Source of the DNA: Ruditapes philippinarum
Lineage: Eukaryota
Length of the DNA: 64,000 bases
Reading direction: 5' to 3'
Assembly: GCF_026571515.1 (NCBI RefSeq)
Contig: NW_026866843.1
Coordinates: 1-64,000, forward strand
Below are positions 61,270-64,000 of the stretch, in pieces (positions within the stretch are counted from its first letter, which is position 1; each line of letters opens with the position of its first letter). The position numbers and the translations under genes were made by a program. Under the pieces are notes generated by a model that had not been told where the DNA came from, did no database searches, and worked only from the letters and a program-made list of their open reading frames with translations.

Positions 61270-63650
61270 TTCCGTGTTTGCAAATGACCTCATTCACGAA
61301 ATTGATAGTCTTGGGCTTGGAATTAACGTTGGTTCTATGATGGTATCTACATTGTTCTGCGCGGATGACATAGCTCAGAAATAAATTTACAGGGTATGCT
61401 TGATGTTGTAACATAAATGGTGCAAACGGTGGCGCGTCTTAGTAAATACTAATAAGTAAAAATGTGTCCATTTTCGTAGAGGACCTACACAGTGCAGTGA
61501 ATTTATTTTCAGAGTTAGTGAAAATGTTCTAGAGACTGTTGATTATTATAAATATCTGGGCATAGTTTTGATGTAAAAATGAACTTTAATCTTAATAGTG
61601 AATCCCTATCTAAAGGTGCTGGAAGAGCTTTAGGGAGCATAATCTGTAAAATTCACAACCTAAAAGATACTGGAATTAACACATTTGAAAAACTGGTAGG
61701 CAGTTGTGTGAGTCCAATATTGGAGTATGGCGCCTCCTCGTGGGGCTTCAAATCGTACCAATGTGTTGACAATGTCTATCACCGCGAGCTAAGATACTTT
61801 TTTGTGTACATAGATTTGCACCAATCGTAGCAATGTATGTTCAGACAGAAACTGCCTATAATACTTTTTTGGGACAGGTTGTTATCATTGCCGGATGATA
61901 GACTAACCAAAAAAGTGTTCTCATATGATTACGGTAAATGCAATACATGTGGAAATTGGTCTTCAAATATTAAAAAGATTTTTAGTGATCTTAATTTAGA
62001 ACAGCACTTTACAGATTTAACAACAGTTAGTCTGTCTACTGCTAGAGATAAAATACGAGACCAGGACCGGGTTGTTCAAAACATTGGTTAAAATTAACCA
62101 ATGGATAGCTTATCCACTGGTTAAATCCTTAACCAGCGGCCAGCTATCCAGTGGATAAAATTTCGTTGTTCGACAGTTGGATAGTACCCTGGCTACCTAA
62201 CCAGTGGATTGCGTATTTATCCACTGGTTAAGTACCACAATGCAACAGGGCCGGTTAGTGTTTCTGGAAACAAAATAGCTGATTTATTGATGAGTAATAA
62301 TCTTCTAATAGTCAGGAAGCTCCCTAAGACTTAATTTTGAATGTTTTGTGCTTTCATGTTTTTGGAATAAAGCAAAAGTATATCAAAGGCATAAAAGTAT
62401 CGATAGATCTATTTTTCCCTTAGACACACATAGGTAAAAAAATTCAAAAACAATTTTTTTTTCCAAATTTTGAATTGAAATTACTTCCATTAGATGGGTT
62501 ATGTTCTAACTAAGAAAATGAGTACTGACACTTGTATGTTTTATTAAAAAATAAGAAAGTTATGACTGTTTAACTGAATATTCTGAACTACAACAACAAC
62601 AAATTGAGGTTGAAAAAGGGTTCTAAAAGCCATTTTTCAGAAATGTTTCAATTTAATCCTATGCATTTCATATGAAGTGTTCTAGTTAAGACAAAATAAA
62701 CATATATTTGTAAGAAAAATCTGGTTTCAAACAAGTTTTTATGGTTTAGACTGTTTTAATGATGATCGCTAACCACTGGTTAAGGACATTATCCGGTGGT
62801 CCTCCGACTGGTTAAAGTTAACCACTGGATAACGCATTTTATCCGTTGGATAAGTTTTGAGCAACAGAATTTATCCAACGGACAAAATTTAACCAGAGGA
62901 TAATGAATTTAACCACTGGTTAACACTAACCAATGTTTTGAACAACCGGATCCTGTACTGTAATAAATGACAGACCGATTTGCAATCATGTAGGAAACTT
63001 CGTACATATAAACTGTTTAAAGATATCATCGATAAGGAAGGTAATGTTTCACTTAATTTAAGAAAACATGAACGGTCACTTTTATGGTCAGTCCAGAGTT
63101 GGCATTTTACCTATAGTATTGAGACTGGGCGATTCGTTGAAGAAGCAGTGGAAGACAGAATTTGTGAGGACGAGACTCACTTTTTGTTATCATGTGATAT
63201 TTATAGACACATAAGAAACGATATATTTGTTAATGTTGACTGTTACCAGGACATGAATATTAAATCATTTCTGAAAAAGTACGTGTGTTGATGACTGATC
63301 ATATAAGTTTGACAGCCAAATATATAACGAAAGCTTTCTTGTTTAGTCAAAGCATACTTTACTCTTGGATTATGAATATAATTTAGGTTTTGCATTTCAA
63401 CAAAGATTATGTCTCTCTTAACTATTTTTTTTGTTATACCAGTATGTGCATACTTTCATATTTATAATTCGGTGTTGTTTTACCATAACCATTTCTCTTC
63501 CGTTATCTGTCATATCATGTAAAGTTATATGATTAATGTTATTTATTATAAAAGGTGACTAATAGGTCGTGCAAAATTCTTTGTTATAATGAATTGTATT
63601 GTATAAATGTTCATTGCATATGTCACTATAATAAACAATTATCGACTACA
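61270..63650 (+). mobile_element. Paralogous copy of the degenerate CR1/L2-group LINE fragment
   Basis: ADD, YKYLG, SCVSPILEYGASSWG, CRKLRTYKLFK, EDETHFLLSC. Confidence 0.8.
62065..62952. mobile_element. PIF/Harbinger-like non-autonomous element inserted at a CWG site
   Basis: TIRs GACCGGGTTGTTCAAAACATTGGTTA / TAACCAATGTTTTGAACAACCGGATC flanked by CAG and CTG; internal taaccactggtta repeats; empty site at 43555-43557. Confidence 0.8.
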
Positions 63651-63931
63651 TATTTTTGAAGCGTATAGTTACACTATCAATAATCCCCATAACGTCTACT
63701 TTACATACAAAGGTCCCCGATCGTTCAGTTGTTTAAGCTTTCGTTGTATCATGCTTTATTAGCGATACAGTGTCTCAGACAGATTATGTAAATACAGTAT
63801 TGTACATTGTATAGTAATGTAATCTTTTGTATTGTATTGTATTATCTTTTACTGTCATTGCCGGCTCCCTGTAGGCACTATTAATGCTTGCGTTTTAAGT
63901 GACTGATTTCTCTACATTAATGCATGTTAAC

Positions 63932-64000
63932 GGAAGACGGACAAAACCCCATCAGTTAATTTTATAGAGCGGACAAAACCCCACCACTAAGTTTTAAAGA
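63932..64000 (+). mobile_element. Left end of the MULE element (paralog of 44522), cut by the window edge
   Basis: catgttaac|ggaagacggacaaaacccc. Confidence 0.8.

Larger units (their letters stand above)
59929..64000 (+). repeat. Segmental duplicate of ~39118-44600
   Basis: Collinear matches: 59929-59981 with 39117-39168, 61160-61925 with 39991-40800, 61945-64000 with 43451-44620. Confidence 0.9.

Overview
AT-rich animal genomic DNA with spliced genes and dense repeats. The SINE, MITE and Helentron-type repeats suggest a bivalve mollusc (inference only). Host genes: (1) the first 10 coding exons of a minus-strand kinesin-3 motor gene (KIF28/KLP-6-like, 849-19600, continuing beyond the window start), whose first intron is a textbook U12-type AT-AC intron; (2) a minus-strand multi-exon C2H2 zinc-finger gene, partly decayed (24410-31214); (3) head-to-head with it, with start codons only 63 bp apart, an intact 4-exon VCPKMT/METTL21D gene (31278-36205). 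Mobile DNA: a young 5'-truncated L1/Tx1 LINE with TSD; a 2.2-kb foldback element with CAC...GTG ends and a 5-bp TSD; a triple nested TAGTC...GACTA MITE with 9-10-bp TSDs; hAT, MULE, Harbinger and piggyBac-like MITEs; tRNA SINEs; Helentron-type repeat arrays; a duplicated block (about 39.1-44.6 kb versus 59.9-64 kb); and a complete two-LTR Ty3/Gypsy element (48356-57487). The best candidate for an undescribed system is in that Gypsy element. At the env position it carries an extra ORF behind a splice acceptor, encoding C2H2 zinc fingers plus an RS/RD-rich tail, and its LTR has an array of TGTTGGA motifs just upstream of the TATA box. About 8.15-11.75 kb looks like unpolished, error-rich assembly.
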